A stretch of 64,000 nucleotides of DNA, taken from assembly GCF_009914755.1 (NCBI RefSeq), contig NC_060937.1. The stretch is one strand, 5' to 3'. A program made the translations under genes and the position numbers. This document shows, piece after piece, positions 1-18,121 of this stretch. The DNA comes from the human T2T-CHM13v2.0 reference genome, Homo sapiens. Every line of letters starts with the position of its first letter. The first letter of the stretch is position 1. The notes under the pieces were generated by a model, which saw only the letters and a program-made list of their open reading frames with translations, was not told the origin of the DNA and searched no databases.

Positions 1-1
1 G

Positions 2-346
<345 letters not shown>

Positions 347-530
347 TTAAGGAATGAGAATTACCACTTCCTTTCCTGGCAGCTTTCTTTTTTTTATTAT
401 TTTTTTTTGAGACGGAGTCTCGCTCTGTTGCCCAGGCTGGAGTGCAGTGGCGTGACCTCGGCTCACTGCAACCTCTGCCTCCCAGGTTCAAGCAGTTCTC
501 CTGCCCCAGCCTCCTGAGTAGCTGGGATTA

Positions 531-821
<291 letters not shown>

Positions 822-921
822 TCACACAAACAAAACAAAACAAAACAAAACAAACAAAAAAACAAAAAACGACTCCACCCCTGCCTGTTGCCCTCTTCCC
901 AGAATATATGGGACTTCACAC

Positions 922-951
922 CACACACACACACACACACACACACACACC
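922..951. repeat. (CA)n microsatellite
   Basis: Directly visible. Confidence 0.95.
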
Positions 952-1408
952 AGTTTGGCCACTCATCAAGGAATACATCAAACAAACACTTTTACAGCTG
1001 ATTGCTTTACAGGATCATAATTTTAATTTCTCAGAGATCTCATTTAGTTTTCTCTACCAGTGATACCTATGACAGTTTCTATTATCAGAATGTCCTGACT
1101 TTAAGCATCAGGGCCCTAACTCAAGTCACCAGAGGCAGCTTGAAGAGGACCTCTGCCTTGGCATGCTGTATGAATGTTTGTGTCCTTAGGGCTGGCCGAG
1201 CAGGGCTCAACCTGGGCACTTTAAAAACATGGTATCTGGCCTGAATTCATGGCCAAGGATATTTGTAAAATGATGTGCTTCTCATTGGGAATAGAAGGCA
1301 CATTAAGGTTGGAGGCAGAGGAGAATGGAAAGCACAGTTCCTATGTTAGCTCAGACAGGAAATGATGGACATTCAATTCCATAAGCCCAGCGTGTGACAG
1401 CATTCTGA

Positions 1409-1737
<329 letters not shown>

Positions 1738-3045
1738 CAAGTTTCTTGATTTTATCTGGATCTTACACCACTTTGAGAATCTGATAAAATATATTGACCT
1801 TTTCCTCAGAAAAATGCATATATCCACAAAATTTTGCATATGATATTAAGTGTTTATGAACCTGGCCTGGCTAACTTTGTATTTTTAGTAGAGACGGGGT
1901 TTCAACATGTGGGCCAGGCTGGTCTCAAACTCCTGACCTCAGGTGATCCACCTGCCTCGGCCTCCCAAAGTGCTGGGATTACAGGCATGAGACACTGTGC
2001 CCAGCCAAGATTCAGTTCTTAGAATGAACCAAAGTGCTCTTTGTCCTGTTTGCTGTCTTGGCATTTCCACTGATGTTAAATCTCAAGAGGTGAAATCTGC
2101 ACACAAATACTCACTGTCACTCAGGAGGACGCAGCTCAGGAGGTAAGGTGGACATCACTGAGTTGGTACAGGTCTTACATGCAAGACAGAAGCCGTGTTC
2201 TGGAGATTTGCTGCTCTTCTTTGGTGTTAAGCCTCTTGCTTTATTAAACAACTAAGTCATGATGAACCATTGGAAGGAGCTGCGCTGTTTCCAGTTTGTC
2301 TGGAGGACATATTAAAAGACTAGTTTCTGGAATACATTTGTGTAACTTAATTTTGTTGATGTTTTCTTATTTGATGTCTAGTAATACTTTTTTTTTTTTT
2401 TTTTTTTTTTGAGATGGAGTTTTGCTCTTGTTGCCCAGGCTGGAGTGCAATGGCAAGATCTCAGCTCACCACAACCTCTGCCTTCTTTTTTCTTCTGTTT
2501 TTAAAACTTGTGGTAAAATCTAGATAACAAAAAGTTTGTCATTTTAACCATTTTTAAGTGGACAGTTCAGTGGCATTAGTTACATTCCCAATGTTGTGTA
2601 ACCACCACTATTATCCATTTCCAGAAGGTTTTCATCACCCGAAACAGAAACTCTGTACCCATTAAATAGTAACTCCCCATTCTACCCTTCTCTCCCTCCA
2701 TAACCTCTGTTTTACCTTCTGCATCCATCAAGTTGCCTGTTATAGATAATTCACATAGAATCATTCAGTATTTGTTTCTTTTTGTATCACGTATCAAAAT
2801 TTCCTTTTTTTTTTTTTGCTTTTGAGACAGTCTTGCTTTGTCGCCCAGGCTGGAGTGCAGGTGCACAACCATGGCTCACTGCAGCCCTCACCTCTCCTGC
2901 TCGAGAGTTCCTCCCACCTCAGCCATCTGAGTAGCTGGGACTACATGTGTGCGCCACCATACCCAACTAATTTTTTGGTTTTTTTTGTACATACGGGGTT
3001 TTGCCATGTGGCCCAGGGTGGTCTCGAACTCCTGGGCTGAAGTGA

Positions 3046-3332
<287 letters not shown>

Positions 3333-3361
3333 TGAGCCACTGCGCCTGGCCTATGCTTTAA

Positions 3362-3865
<504 letters not shown>

Positions 3866-5859
3866 TAGTCTCAAACTCCTGGCCTCAAGCGATCTGCTGG
3901 CCTTGGCCTCCCAAAGTGTAAGGATTACAGGCATGAGCACCGCCCCAGCCCACACCCTTTTGCTTGAGGCACTTTTTTCTTCTTTTTTTTTGAGGCGGAG
4001 TCTTGCTCTTTCGCCCAGGCTGGAGTGCAGTGGCGCTATCTCGAGCCCCGCCTCCCGGGTTCACGACATTCTCCTGCCTCAGCCTCCTGAGTATCTGGGA
4101 CTACCGGCGTCTGCCACCACGCCCAGCTAATTTTTTTTTTGCATTTTTACTAGAGACGGGTTTTCACTGTGTTAGCCAGGATGGACACTTTCTTCTTCCT
4201 TTGGAAATACATCCTCTGGTTTCCCTCCTCCCTCGCTGGCCTCTCCTCTCAGACTCTTCTGCCTGCTCTACTCCAGGTGCATTGAAATGCCCCAGACCTC
4301 TGTGTGGGGAGTCTTCTATGCCACACCCTTCCTAGATGACATCATCTGGCCCTAAGTTTTCAGTATGAGTCAATGTGTTGGTGATGCCCAGATTCCCACC
4401 TCCAGCCCTGATTTCTTCCAAGTGCTCTAGAGTCATATACTTATTTGCCTGCTTGATGTCCCTTCTTGGATGTCAAACAGTCATCTCAAAATTCAACTCT
4501 TGATCCTCTCCCCTGCTCCAAACTTCGCCATCTCAGTAAATGCGTTATATTCCTCCTGGTTGCATAGGCTTCAAACCTAGGAGTCATCCTTGAATAGACC
4601 CTCTTTCTTGCCTCCGCGTTTGAGCTTTCAGCAAGTCCTGTCATTCAGACCATTCACACGTATTGAAAATCCATCCCTTTCTTGCCGTCTTGACTGAACG
4701 TTCTGATGAAGTCGTCACCACTGCTCCCTGGACCTCTGTCCTCACTAACAGCGCTTCCTGTTTCCATTCCTGCTGCTCCAGAGTCCATCCATCTCCTCCC
4801 TTTTCAGAGAGGCTTCTCTGACCACCCTTTGCAATGGCTGCTCCATGGCCCCTGCTAGAACAGGCTGTCATGCTCTTGTGGGTCTGCTTGTATATTTATC
4901 TCTTTTCTGCCTCCACTAGAAGGTGAGCTCTGACAGGGCAGAGGTTCTGGCTGCCTGGTTCCGTGCTGCATTTTCAGAGTCTAGAATAGTGCCTAGCACA
5001 TGGTACGTGATGAGGAAATCTCTTTCCTGATGAATGAGCGAAGCAGAGAATCCTCAGAATCCGAGGATGCTCTCTCTCTGTCTTGGGAGCTAGAGGAACT
5101 CTTCATTTTTCCCTTCATGAATCTGCTCCACTGTCCTTTCTGTTTATTGGCTTCCTCAGTGTTTGGTTTGCCATGGCGCCATCTTGGTCCCATTTCTCAT
5201 GTTCTGCTCAGCTCAAAGCAGTCCACGGGTTCAACTCTCAGTGCCCCAGGAAGGGGAAACCCACTTCACTTGGGTCAAGTGTTCATTTTCCATCCTCCCT
5301 GTCTCCACCCCAATCAGCAAAGGCTAGTGGCTGGTGGTAAAAGGAAGGCTAGTGGCTGGGGGTAAAAGGCCACCAGCAGAGGGGGCTCTCCAGAGGCAGG
5401 CCCATCCCCAGCTCCTCCCGAGTAAGTGCCAATCACCCAGAGGTGGATCCTCTTTCAGGGCCCTGACTTGCAAAGCTGAGGACCAGCTTCCTGTCAGTGG
5501 TAACCCTCAGTGAGGGCCTTGTCTGAGCAGCCAGCAGCCTCTGAGACATTTCCACATGGGCACTGGCTAACTTAAAAAAGATAAGTATTCACCCTTCCCA
5601 GGAGGTACTGATGTCAGGAATAGCCAAGAGTGCAGTCTTGGTCTGTAAGGAGGTGGCCCTTCCACTCCATACGGCCCTTCCCAGGATACTGCTGTATCCT
5701 GGGGTCTGCTCGTGGTGCCAGCAAGCAGGCGTTCCTTGGGAGCCCCCCTCAGCCCTCCCACCCACTGCTGTCCTCTCTCCCTGCCCCCATCTGTGTAAGG
5801 ACCCTCTGATATATGTTCACTTAGTAAGCTGTGTGTGTGTAGTGGGGTGTCTTTGTCAA

Positions 5860-6300
5860 TGATCTGCTCCTTTTCTCTGAAAACTTTAAGGACTTTGATA
5901 TTTTTGGATTCACAATAGTATGTGTAGATGTCAGATTTTCCTCATCTCTCTCCTGTGGCCTCTGTGGGTTCTCTCAGTCTGAGGTCTTTCATCTCTCTTT
6001 AATTCTGGGAAATTAATCTCCATTCTGTCTTCAAATATCACCTCCCTTCCATATTTTCCCCTTCCTTCTGCAACTCCTATTACCTGGATATTAACATTTC
6101 TGTTTCTGTCCTCCATGATTCTAACTTTTTAAGTTATTTTCCTTGTTTTTTTTTTATCCTTTCTTTCCTATCAGAATTTCTCAAGTTGATCTTTCATTTT
6201 CACTAATTCTTTTCTTGACCGTGTCAATTTATTCCATTAATTCTGTTCTGTATGTCAATATTATATTTTTTACCCTGATCTTTCCACTTGGCTCTTCTGT
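5860..6300 (-). mobile_element. Ancient L1/HAL1 ORF1 fragment
   Basis: ORF 5931..6116 EDRNRNVNIQVIGVAEG...IFEDRMEINFPEL resembles the L1 ORF1p RRM region. Confidence 0.6.
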
Positions 6301-6364
6301 ATGGTTTGTTGTTTTTGTGACATGGTCATGGCGGTGTGGGTTGTGGTGGGAGGGGGTTACCCCC

Positions 6365-7078
<714 letters not shown>

Positions 7079-7674
7079 ACACGCTAGAGTGGAAAGTCCC
7101 AGGCACCAAGGCTTCCCACCCTAGAAGCAAGCTCAGGGCTTTCTCTTCATCCTTCCAGGGAGAGCACTGAGAGATGATGGGGGGTTGGCAGGGGGCATCC
7201 CTTGGATTATCATTCTCCAGACTTAGGCTTGGAGGGGAGGGTGGAGAAGTGGATTTCTGGGTCTGGTCCACCTCACCTGTTTTCTCAGCTTCTCACCCAC
7301 TCAGAGCTCTTGCCCCAATTCTCCCTTTCATCCTGCAGATCCCTGCGCCTGACTCATCTCAGGCGAGGAGGCAAATCATCAGTTATCTCAGGCAGCAGCA
7401 GGACGAGACTCCTTTCTGATTTTCTCCTTCCCTGGCCACCTCTCCCCACCCCATATTCACTCATTCCAAACCTCTGGCCTCCCCAGCAACTCTACATCCT
7501 CATCTCCATCTGTTCCCTCTCTCGATGCTGTGGGTGACGTTGGAGAGGGAAGCCCGGAGCCCTGACCTAGTCCGGCGTGGAGAGAGGAATGGAAAGCAGT
7601 GTCCCTTTTGAGAAGGCAAATTTACAGCTGGCTTTTGTAATCCTAGCTATTTTTTGTTTGTTTGCTAAGTCTTT

Positions 7675-7830
7675 GATAGTCCCCAGTGTGGTTTGTCTGC
7701 CAGTGATCTCAGCACCACCAGAGAGCTTGTTAGAAATGCGGCATCCCAACCCCACCACAGCCCTCCCAAGTCAGATACTGCCACCTCACGAGGCCCCCCA
7801 GGGATCCACAAGTTCATTAAAGTTTCAGGA
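7675..7830. mobile_element. MER5A-like DNA transposon remnant
   Basis: cagcaccaccagagagcttgttagaaatgc... motif typical of MER5A. Confidence 0.55.
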
Positions 7831-8050
7831 ATCCAATTCTACTACAAAATATACATTTATAATTAGGAAAAGGATAGTTTCTTTTAAATGGTAGAACTTC
7901 CCCAATGAGTCAGCTACCTGTATTTCTGGCCTGTCAGGCTAGACACTGGAGACCATTCTGCATAGAATTGTACCTCCCTGAACTACTGTTAGGCCTTAGG
8001 GTGGGGATTCATCTTTCCCTTCTCCCCACCATGGAGACAAAATCCTCTTA

Positions 8051-9638
<1,588 letters not shown>

Positions 9639-10540
9639 TTATGGGGACAAATGATTGCTGAAATCATAATTAGCTTTCTGGCGGGGGAAGATAGTAAGGT
9701 AGAAAGAGGAGAAATGGGTGTAATCAAAGGAAGTGGCAGAGAGAGATTAAAAAAAAAAAACAGGAAATGAGAACAAGAATATGACTAACAATGCCTGAGC
9801 CCCACCCACCCATCCTCAGAGTGGACTCCCTCTCTCAAAGGCTTGTGGGCACCTGCCCCCGAGCTGACTCACCCTGTTCAGTCATCACAGCTCACTGCAG
9901 TGATGAAGGCTCAGGTGATCCTTTCACATCAGCCTCTCCAGTAGCTGGGACTAAAGGCATGTGCCACCATACCTGGCTAATTTTTTGTTTTTGTTTTTGT
10001 TTTGAGATGGAGTCTTGCTCTGTCACCCAGGCTGCAGTGCAGTGGCATGATCTAGGCTCACTGCAACCTCCACCACCTGGATTCAAGCAATTCTCTGCCT
10101 CAGCTTCCTGAGTAGCTGGGACTACAGGTGCCTGCCATGACGCCCAGCTAATTTTTTTGTGTATTTAGTAGAGATGGGGTTTCACCATGTTAGCCAGGAT
10201 GGTCTCGATCTCCTGATCTCGTGATCCACCTGCCTCAGCCTCCCAAAGTACTGGGATTACAGGTGTGAGCCACCGTGCCCGGCCGTATTTTTTGTATTTT
10301 TAGTAGAGACAGGGTTTCACTATCTTGGCTAGGCTGGTCTTGAACTCCTGACCTCAAGTGATCCACCCACCTCGGCCTCCCAAAGTTCTGGGATTACAGG
10401 CATGAGCCACTGTGCCCAGCCACCCGTCACCTGCTAGTGTAGACAAATGAATAAACTTAGACAAGCACATGGGCTCCCTCTATACCAGCCTAGACTTTGA
10501 CACTGAAACTCCATGAGTCTGGGCCACTTCCTGCCACAAG

Positions 10541-11030
10541 TGTGAATGGAAAATAAATCATTTTCCAAGGAACCCAAAATCACTAAGCCAAGGAGTCAAG
10601 CTGAGAACTTTCAGGCAAACCTGCCCCCCATTTTATTTCCTAAATAAGAGAGCTACAAAGATTAAAAAAAAAAAAAAGCTACACACCTTGCTCATAATTT
10701 GCCCACAAGGAAATACCTAATTCCACAAGGAAGGGCTAATCAGAAACTCAACAGAATGCAACTGTTTGTCTCTTATCCACCTGTGACCTGGAAGCCCCGT
10801 CCCTCACCTCGAGTTGTCTCGCCTTCCTGGACCAAACCAATGTACATCTTACACATATTGATTGATGTCTCATGTCTCCCTAAAATGTATAAAACCAAGC
10901 TGTGCCCTGACCACCTTGGACACATGTGGTCAGGACTTCCTGAGGCTGTGTCACGGGCGTGTGTCCTCAACCTTGGCAAAATAAACTTTCTAAATTGGTT
11001 GAGACCTGTCTCGGATACTTTGGGTTCACA
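10541..11030 (+). mobile_element. MER4-family solo LTR
   Basis: tgtgaa...ttcaca terminal inverted repeats; MER4A-like body (gtataaaaccaagctgtgccctgaccaccttgg...aataaac); near-TSD caag/taag. Confidence 0.8.
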
Positions 11031-12779
11031 TAAGGAAACAGGAAGCAGGGATCTGGTGTCTATTTCTTTTTCCAAGCACAATGTAAGCACAGTTCTAGGC
11101 TGTGTTTGTCTTGTGAGTCCTTCCTGGCTCCCCTCAGGCACTGGCTTTCTCTCCTCTCTCCTGCCTTCTCTTTCTGGATCCACCCTCCAAATGTTGGAGT
11201 TCCTTAGGGTTTGATTCTTGGAACTCTTCTGTGTTTATGTGTTCTCCCTAGATAGCATCATCCGTAAGTGACTTAAATAGCACTCATAATGCTTAAAAAA
11301 AAAAATTTCCATTTCTAGCCTGGACGTCTCTGAATTTCAGAATAAGGTAAATGAAGAATTCACCTTTATACACCTTAAGTTTGAAATGCCGGTGATTTAT
11401 CCAACAGCCTCCTTGGTTTTGGTTTTAGCCGTATCACCGGCATCTCATTTAACTCAACGTATGCACATCTGAATTCTACTGACTCTCCTAAACTTGCACT
11501 CTGCTCCATCTCAGCCAATGGTACCACCCAGTTTCCTGAGCTAAGTGCCTTCTTTGACACCTTCCTTTCCAACACCACCTCACCTGATCTGTCACCAGTC
11601 CTGTCACTTGTTTTAAATCCTTGCACTGTCTCCCACCTCTGCACCTCTCCTCCTTGTCTCAGCCTGCTGTCTCACCCTTCTACTCTTCCTCCCTAAAGTC
11701 TGTAATCATCTAGCACCATCTTGTTAAAACATAAAAGATCATGCAGAGTCCCACTTAAAAGCTTACAAATATCTCATTGTACTTAAAATAAAGCTCAAAT
11801 TCAGCAATGCCTAGAAGGCAGTGAGGAGTGGATAGGTATGAGAATGGCTGCTGATGTGGATTGCCTGGGTTTAAATCTTTTTCTTCCTTTTTTTTCCCCG
11901 CCATGACAGGATCTCACTCTGAGCGATACTCAGGCTGGAGTGCAGTGGCCCAATCATGGCTCACTCTAGCCTCTGCCTCCCAGTCTCAAGCAATCCTCCC
12001 ACCTCAGCCTCCCAAGTAGGTGGGACTACAGGTGACACCACCATACTCGGCTAATTTTTGTACTGTTTGTAGAGACGGGGTTTTGCCATGTTGCCCAGGC
12101 TGGTCTCCAGCTCCTAAACTCAAGTGACCTACCTGCCTTGGCCTCCCAAAGTGCTGGGATTACAGGCGTGAGACACCGCGCCCGGCCCAGGTGCTTATTG
12201 TTAACTCCTGCTTCCTTAACCTCACCACAGTTTACACCCCGCCACTCCTGAGCACCGCACACCGGCTTCCTCCCAGTCCCTCATCTGAGAACTCATGAAG
12301 CCACTTGGAATCCCTCTCTGCTTTGCCTGGCTCATTCCATGTCAATTTCAGATCTTCACTTCAGGTCAGCTCCAAGGAGGCTATCCTTGCCCATCTTCCT
12401 AAAATAGAGCTCTCAAAACCTGGCTGTTTTCCTTCAGAGCACTGGCCTCCAATTGTAAGTAGATATTTATCTGTTTACTACGTGTCTCCATCACTAGGCG
12501 ATACACTTCAGGAGGGGAGAATTTTTTGTTTTGGTTCTCTGCCATAAGAGTGCATGGTATTTACTAAGCATGAAATAAATAGTTGTTGGGGGGAAAAAGA
12601 ATGAGTAAACGAATAAATGAAGTGTGGGAAACTCCTGAGGATGCAACTCTCTACCTAGCGGTGGCCAAAGCTACTGGATAAACCATGTATGTACCCATCT
12701 TTTTAACCTATGTGTGTTTTGCTAGAATGGAGTGTTCTAATTAGAAGTAAAAATTTGTTTGTTCTTTAATAGAATTTAA

Positions 12780-12950
<171 letters not shown>

Positions 12951-13395
12951 TAGTAGAGACTGGGTTTTGCCCTGTTGCCCAGGCTGGTCTCAAACTCCTG
13001 ACCTCAAGTGATCCACCCGCCTCGGTCTCCTAAAGTGCTGGGATTACAGGCGTGAGCCACCGCGCCCGGCCTTTTTTTTTTTTCTTCTTTTTTTAAAAAT
13101 GTTTATCTGCAAGATCGAGACGGTATCTCACTATCTTGTTGGTTTCAAACTCTTGGGCTACAGGGATCCTCTCGCGTCGGCTTCCCAAAGTGCTGGGATT
13201 ACGGGCGTGAGCCACCGCGCCCGGCCTATTAATAAAATCGGATGACCTTGCACTTTCTCAGTCAGCGAGTATTATTTACTACTCACCTCCACTTAGCAGT
13301 AGGGAGCTGTATTGCAAAGGGGGCTGATGAGCGCGGCTTGACGCCCCTACACACCCCGCCAAGGGGGTTGCTGCAGTTACGGTTTCGCCGAATGT

Positions 13396-13409
13396 CCGGC
13401 AGAGGGCGC
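13396..13409 (+). promoter_or_regulatory. Candidate CTCF site in a small CpG-rich unique patch (~13300-13620)
   Basis: CCGGCAGAGGGCGC matches the CTCF core CC[AG][CG][CT]AG[AG][GT]GGC[AG]C. Confidence 0.55.
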
Positions 13410-14919
13410 TGCGAACACGCCGCTCCAGCCGCCGGGCAGGGGAGAGCGGAATGATATTCCCAATGACCGCAGTCAGAACCATCAGCGCATTCCTAGGACG
13501 CTTTCCAGCTGCTGGGTGGCTTCATACCCCGGTAAAGTGAATGGTTTCCAAGTTCCCGCTGAGTACTGGGATCTGGAGAGCTTTTGAAAAACACGGATTT
13601 CTGGGCGGCACTCTCAAAGATTCTGGTTCCATGGGAATTGGGCGGGCCCTGGACCCTCTTGAAGATGTTTCCTGTTGATTTTGATGATCAGGTTTGGGCC
13701 CCATTGGTGGGAACTCCCCAAGGCGACTAGGGAGCCGAAGGAGAGAGGAGGACACAAACCTGGTTTCCACTCCCAACCCTGTTGCTTTTTAGCTGCGCGA
13801 TCCTTCTGTGTACTACCCCCCATGACAACTTGTAAAATGGAGCTAATGGTAAAGATAGGGCTAGGCCAGGCCCTGTGGCTCAGGCCTGTAACCCAGCATT
13901 TTGGGAGGCTGAGGTGGGAGGATCACCTGAGGCCAGGAATTCGAGACCAGCCTGGCCAACATGGTGAAACTCTGTCTCTACTAAAAATACAGAAATTAGC
14001 CAGGCATGTGGCATGCACCTGTAATCCCAGCTACTCGGGAGGCCAAGACACGAGAATAGCTTGAGCCTGGGAGGCAGAGGCTGCAGGGCTAGATCCCGTC
14101 TCAAAAAAAAAAAAAAAAAAAAGAAAAGAAAGAAAGAAATTTTGGAATTATCACTTTGGCTAAATGAATGACCATCATTTTATAGTGGCCTGTGATCCTA
14201 GGGTCTTAGGCACAGGGGATACAGCAATGAGCAAACATGCATTCTGATGAAGAGATGCTGACAATCACAACCACACAAATAAGCAAGATAATTTCCCATA
14301 GAGATAAGAGCTTTGAGGAAGCCAGAATGCAGGAATGTGATAGAAAGTGGCTGGCAAGAGGGAGCTGAGGCTGGTGGGTCCAAGAAGTCCTCTCCAGGGA
14401 GATGACATTTGAGCAGTGATCTGGACAATGAAAAAGCGCTGACTGCACCTCCAGGTGAGAAGAACTTACTGGGCTGAGGAGAAAGCAAGCCATCAAAAAC
14501 CCCAAGGAGGGAGTTTGGTGTGTTCAGAGAACTGGAAGGAGGGAACGCCATGAAAGAGAGGCCAGTAGCATGTGCGGGGCAGAGAGGGAGCCGGCTTCTT
14601 AGCCCGTGGAGAGAGAAAGCAGGAACTAAAGCCAGCACCAACGGGAAGGGCTGCATCTGGAGAGAGAGGGAGAGCAGCTGCAGGTTGGTCAAGCTGCTGT
14701 AAGGCCCTGCCCAGGCCATACGAACACAGGGAGCTACTTTCCCTGTCCTCGGGACAAATGTCACAGAGGCAGAGAGGTCTGAGGGATGGGGGGATATGGA
14801 AAATAGTTGCATAACTTTAAGAGATGGGTGCCATTTAACTCATTTCACACAGGAGGCACTAAGCCAGAGCACACTGAATGATGGCCCCCATCTCAATTTC
14901 CTTCCAGCCCTGCTCCTTG

Positions 14920-15110
14920 CTTTCCTGCATCCATGCCACGCGATTTCCTGAATCCATGCCCCTCGCTTTCCCGCATCCATGCTCCTCGTTTTCCCGCATC
15001 CATGCCCCTCGTTTTCCCGTATCCATGCCCCTCGTTTTCCCGTATCCATGCCCCCCGCTTTCCCGCACCCGTGCCCCTCCGCTTTCCCGCTCCATGCCCT
15101 TTGCTTTCCC
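14920..15110. repeat. 23-bp minisatellite, ~8 copies
   Basis: Unit atccatgcccctcgttttcccgY at 14929, 14952, 14975, 14998, 15021, 15044, 15067 and 15090. Confidence 0.92.
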
Positions 15111-16174
15111 TGTGAGTTCTCAGGGCTCTATTTCCATTGAAATTAAAACCCAGTTCCCTGTAGAGTAACTGTCTATCAGTAGTTCGTGCCTAGTTTCCTT
15201 CTCCTTTGTATTAAGTGACACCATCTGGCCTTCCCAGTCACCTTGGGCTCGTGTTTCCTTTGGATGGCTTCCCAAGGGGCAGAGGGCTCCTGAGCAGCAT
15301 GTCTTGTGACACAACTTAATTAGGATTGTATTTCATTCTGCATTTTACAAACAGATGACTTCAGCTTTGGGTTCTAAAAGGAAGAAAAGCAGACCCTCTT
15401 CCCTTTGGGACTTAGTTGAGTGACCATTTCTCTTACACATCTTACTAGACACTGTATGGAAAAGAATCTGGACAGACTCATTCCCTTCATTCTTCTGTGT
15501 ACATAAGCTCCTACTACGGTGTCAAGCCCTGGGGACTAGAATTCTGTCTTTAAACTTCAGGAAGTCACAGTAGAATCACAATGTCAGACACAGTCTACGA
15601 AACGCTTCGTATATGTTACCTCATTTGATCTTTGTAATCAACCCATGAGGCAGGTGGGGTGTGGCGGGTATGATAGTCTCCTTCTATGTTGCTGGCTTAG
15701 AGAAGGTCAGTGACTTGTTTAAGGTCACACTGCTGGTTCCTGGAAGAACTGGGCCTAACACAGGCCTGTTGGCTCTGTTTTCATCCCTCTGGAATCTTAA
15801 TCCTTAGCACTTCAGAGTGGTGGAATTCAAGATTGGGCCACTTAGCAAACTGGTCCCTTAATTTATTAAATTGTATTGACATGTGAGCTGCATGACCACT
15901 GCTTGGACGGGGCTTCTCAGGTAGACAAGTTCTGTTTTCATAGCGAGAGAATGAACTTCCTGGGAGGCTGGAAGAAAGTGAGGGAGGTGAATGATGAGCA
16001 ATCAGCTGGTCTACTCATAATATCCTCAACAGGGACCACTTCCAGTGGTAGCCAGGTAACCTATCAGAATGACCTCCTGTAGATAACAACTCTAAACTCT
16101 GGAGTGCAGAAAAATTACCTGAAGTCACTAAGGGAGATCAAAAGCCAGAATCTCAGAAAGGAGTCAATACTTGA

Positions 16175-16343
<169 letters not shown>

Positions 16344-16515
16344 TAGCTGGGATTGCAGACACCTGCCACCATGCCTGGCTAATTTTTGTATTTTTAGTAG
16401 AGACAGGGTTTCGCCATGTTGGCCAGGCTGGTCTCGAACTCATGACCTCAGGAGGTCTGCCTGCCTCGGCCTCCCAAAGTGCTGGGATTACAGGCGTAAG
16501 CCACCACGCCCAGCC

Positions 16516-16880
16516 CAGACATTTATTTCTTACTGGAAAATTGAGGATCAAGGTGCAGCAGACATGGTTTCTGGGGAGGATGCTCTCTGCTTGTCTTGCA
16601 GATGGCACCTTCTTGCTATGTCCTCACATTGCAGAGAGAGAAAGAGAAAGAGGTGGGGGGAGGGCGGGGAAGGGAGAGAGAGAACTCTGGTCTCTCTTCC
16701 TCTTGGTATAAAGCCACTAATCCCATCATGAGGACCCCACTCTCTTGACCTTATCCTTAATCACTTCCCAAAGCCCCCCGCCCTGCAACTCCAAATACCA
16801 TCATACTGGGGATTAGGGCTTCGACCTACACATTTTTATTACTACGTGTTATGAACTGAACACAATTCAGTCCATAGCAG
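16516..16880 (-). mobile_element. MLT1A-like MaLR LTR
   Basis: aaggtgcagcagac...ctaatcccatcatgagg...caaataccatcatactggggattaggg...cagtccatagca. Confidence 0.65.
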
Positions 16881-17941
16881 GTAGTAATAAAAAATACAAG
16901 TGGTGCTCTTCACTTGTGGCAGCTGAAGAACCTAAATTCTCGTGCCTGAAGCCTCCTTTCTGCTTCTCTGGCCATGTGGTCCTCGCGACCAGGGGTGCAC
17001 GCTGGGCCCAGATTGTCCCCCACAGGTCAGGAATTTACTTGAAAGGAACGCTGCAGGCCAGTGAAGAGCTGGCAAAAATTGTCATGGAGAAGCAATGATC
17101 CAAAGACAGCTTTGGGACCCGCTGGCTCAGGAAGACTGGCTAGATGTGGGCCACATGTGCCCAGAAGGTGGGAGATGTGTGTGCTGCTCATTGTGTGTAC
17201 CTTCTTGTTACTTCTGTCAGAGCTGAACTTGAAATTGCCATCTCATTTTTGGAGACCTACAGTTGAATATTTGCATATCTCTGGAATGGTGTCTTAGTCT
17301 GTTTTGTGCTACTATAACAGAAGACCACAGACTGAGTCATTTATAAGAGCAGAAAATTTATTTGGCTCATGGAGCAGCCTAGAACCCTACTATTAGGTCT
17401 GAGTCAGTCAGATGGAAAGAAGGCGAAGTAGAAGCATCGAGGTCGAATCAGTCACACATGGACTTCCCTAGTGGACTCATTGAAAACCAGACCTTCTGAG
17501 CCACCCTTGGTAGGGGCTCTGGAAGTGGCTTCTGAAGAGACCCCATTCTGCACCTCCACCAAGGGCCTGGTGGGAGAAGTGTGCCCTGCAGTGCCCTCAG
17601 AAAGGCCCACTGAAACTGCAAACATTCCCTTTCTGCACTGCCATTTGGTTCATGAAGACATATGGCTGGGAGAAGTTGAGTATCCTATGTCACCTTTTAG
17701 TCCAACAATTTTATGGAGGCTTAGCATGGGCAGGCCTGGTGCCAGGTGATGAGGATGCACATGGGAGCAGATCTGGCCCTGCACATAGGAGCCCACATTT
17801 CTGGATAGTGGGGCGGAGGTGACACATGTCCACATAACTGCAGTGTACAGAGATAGCAAAACAGTAAGATACAGGATGATTGAAGGTCTGTCTGTAGCTC
17901 ATCCAAATGATATGGTGACCAGTTCCCAAGAGGAATCTCTA

Positions 17942-18121
<180 letters not shown>

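Noticed and set aside
5318-5386. 25-bp tandem duplication followed by a CTCF-like CCAGCAGAGGGGGC
   Set aside because: The motif has a mismatch at a core position and the duplication is small; too weak without ChIP data.
10699-11214. 171-aa ORF
   Set aside because: Lies largely in the MER4 LTR, has a non-ATG start and no protein-family resemblance.
14198-14812. 204-aa minus-strand ORF
   Set aside because: Overlaps degenerate L2-like sequence; no recognisable domain or splice context.
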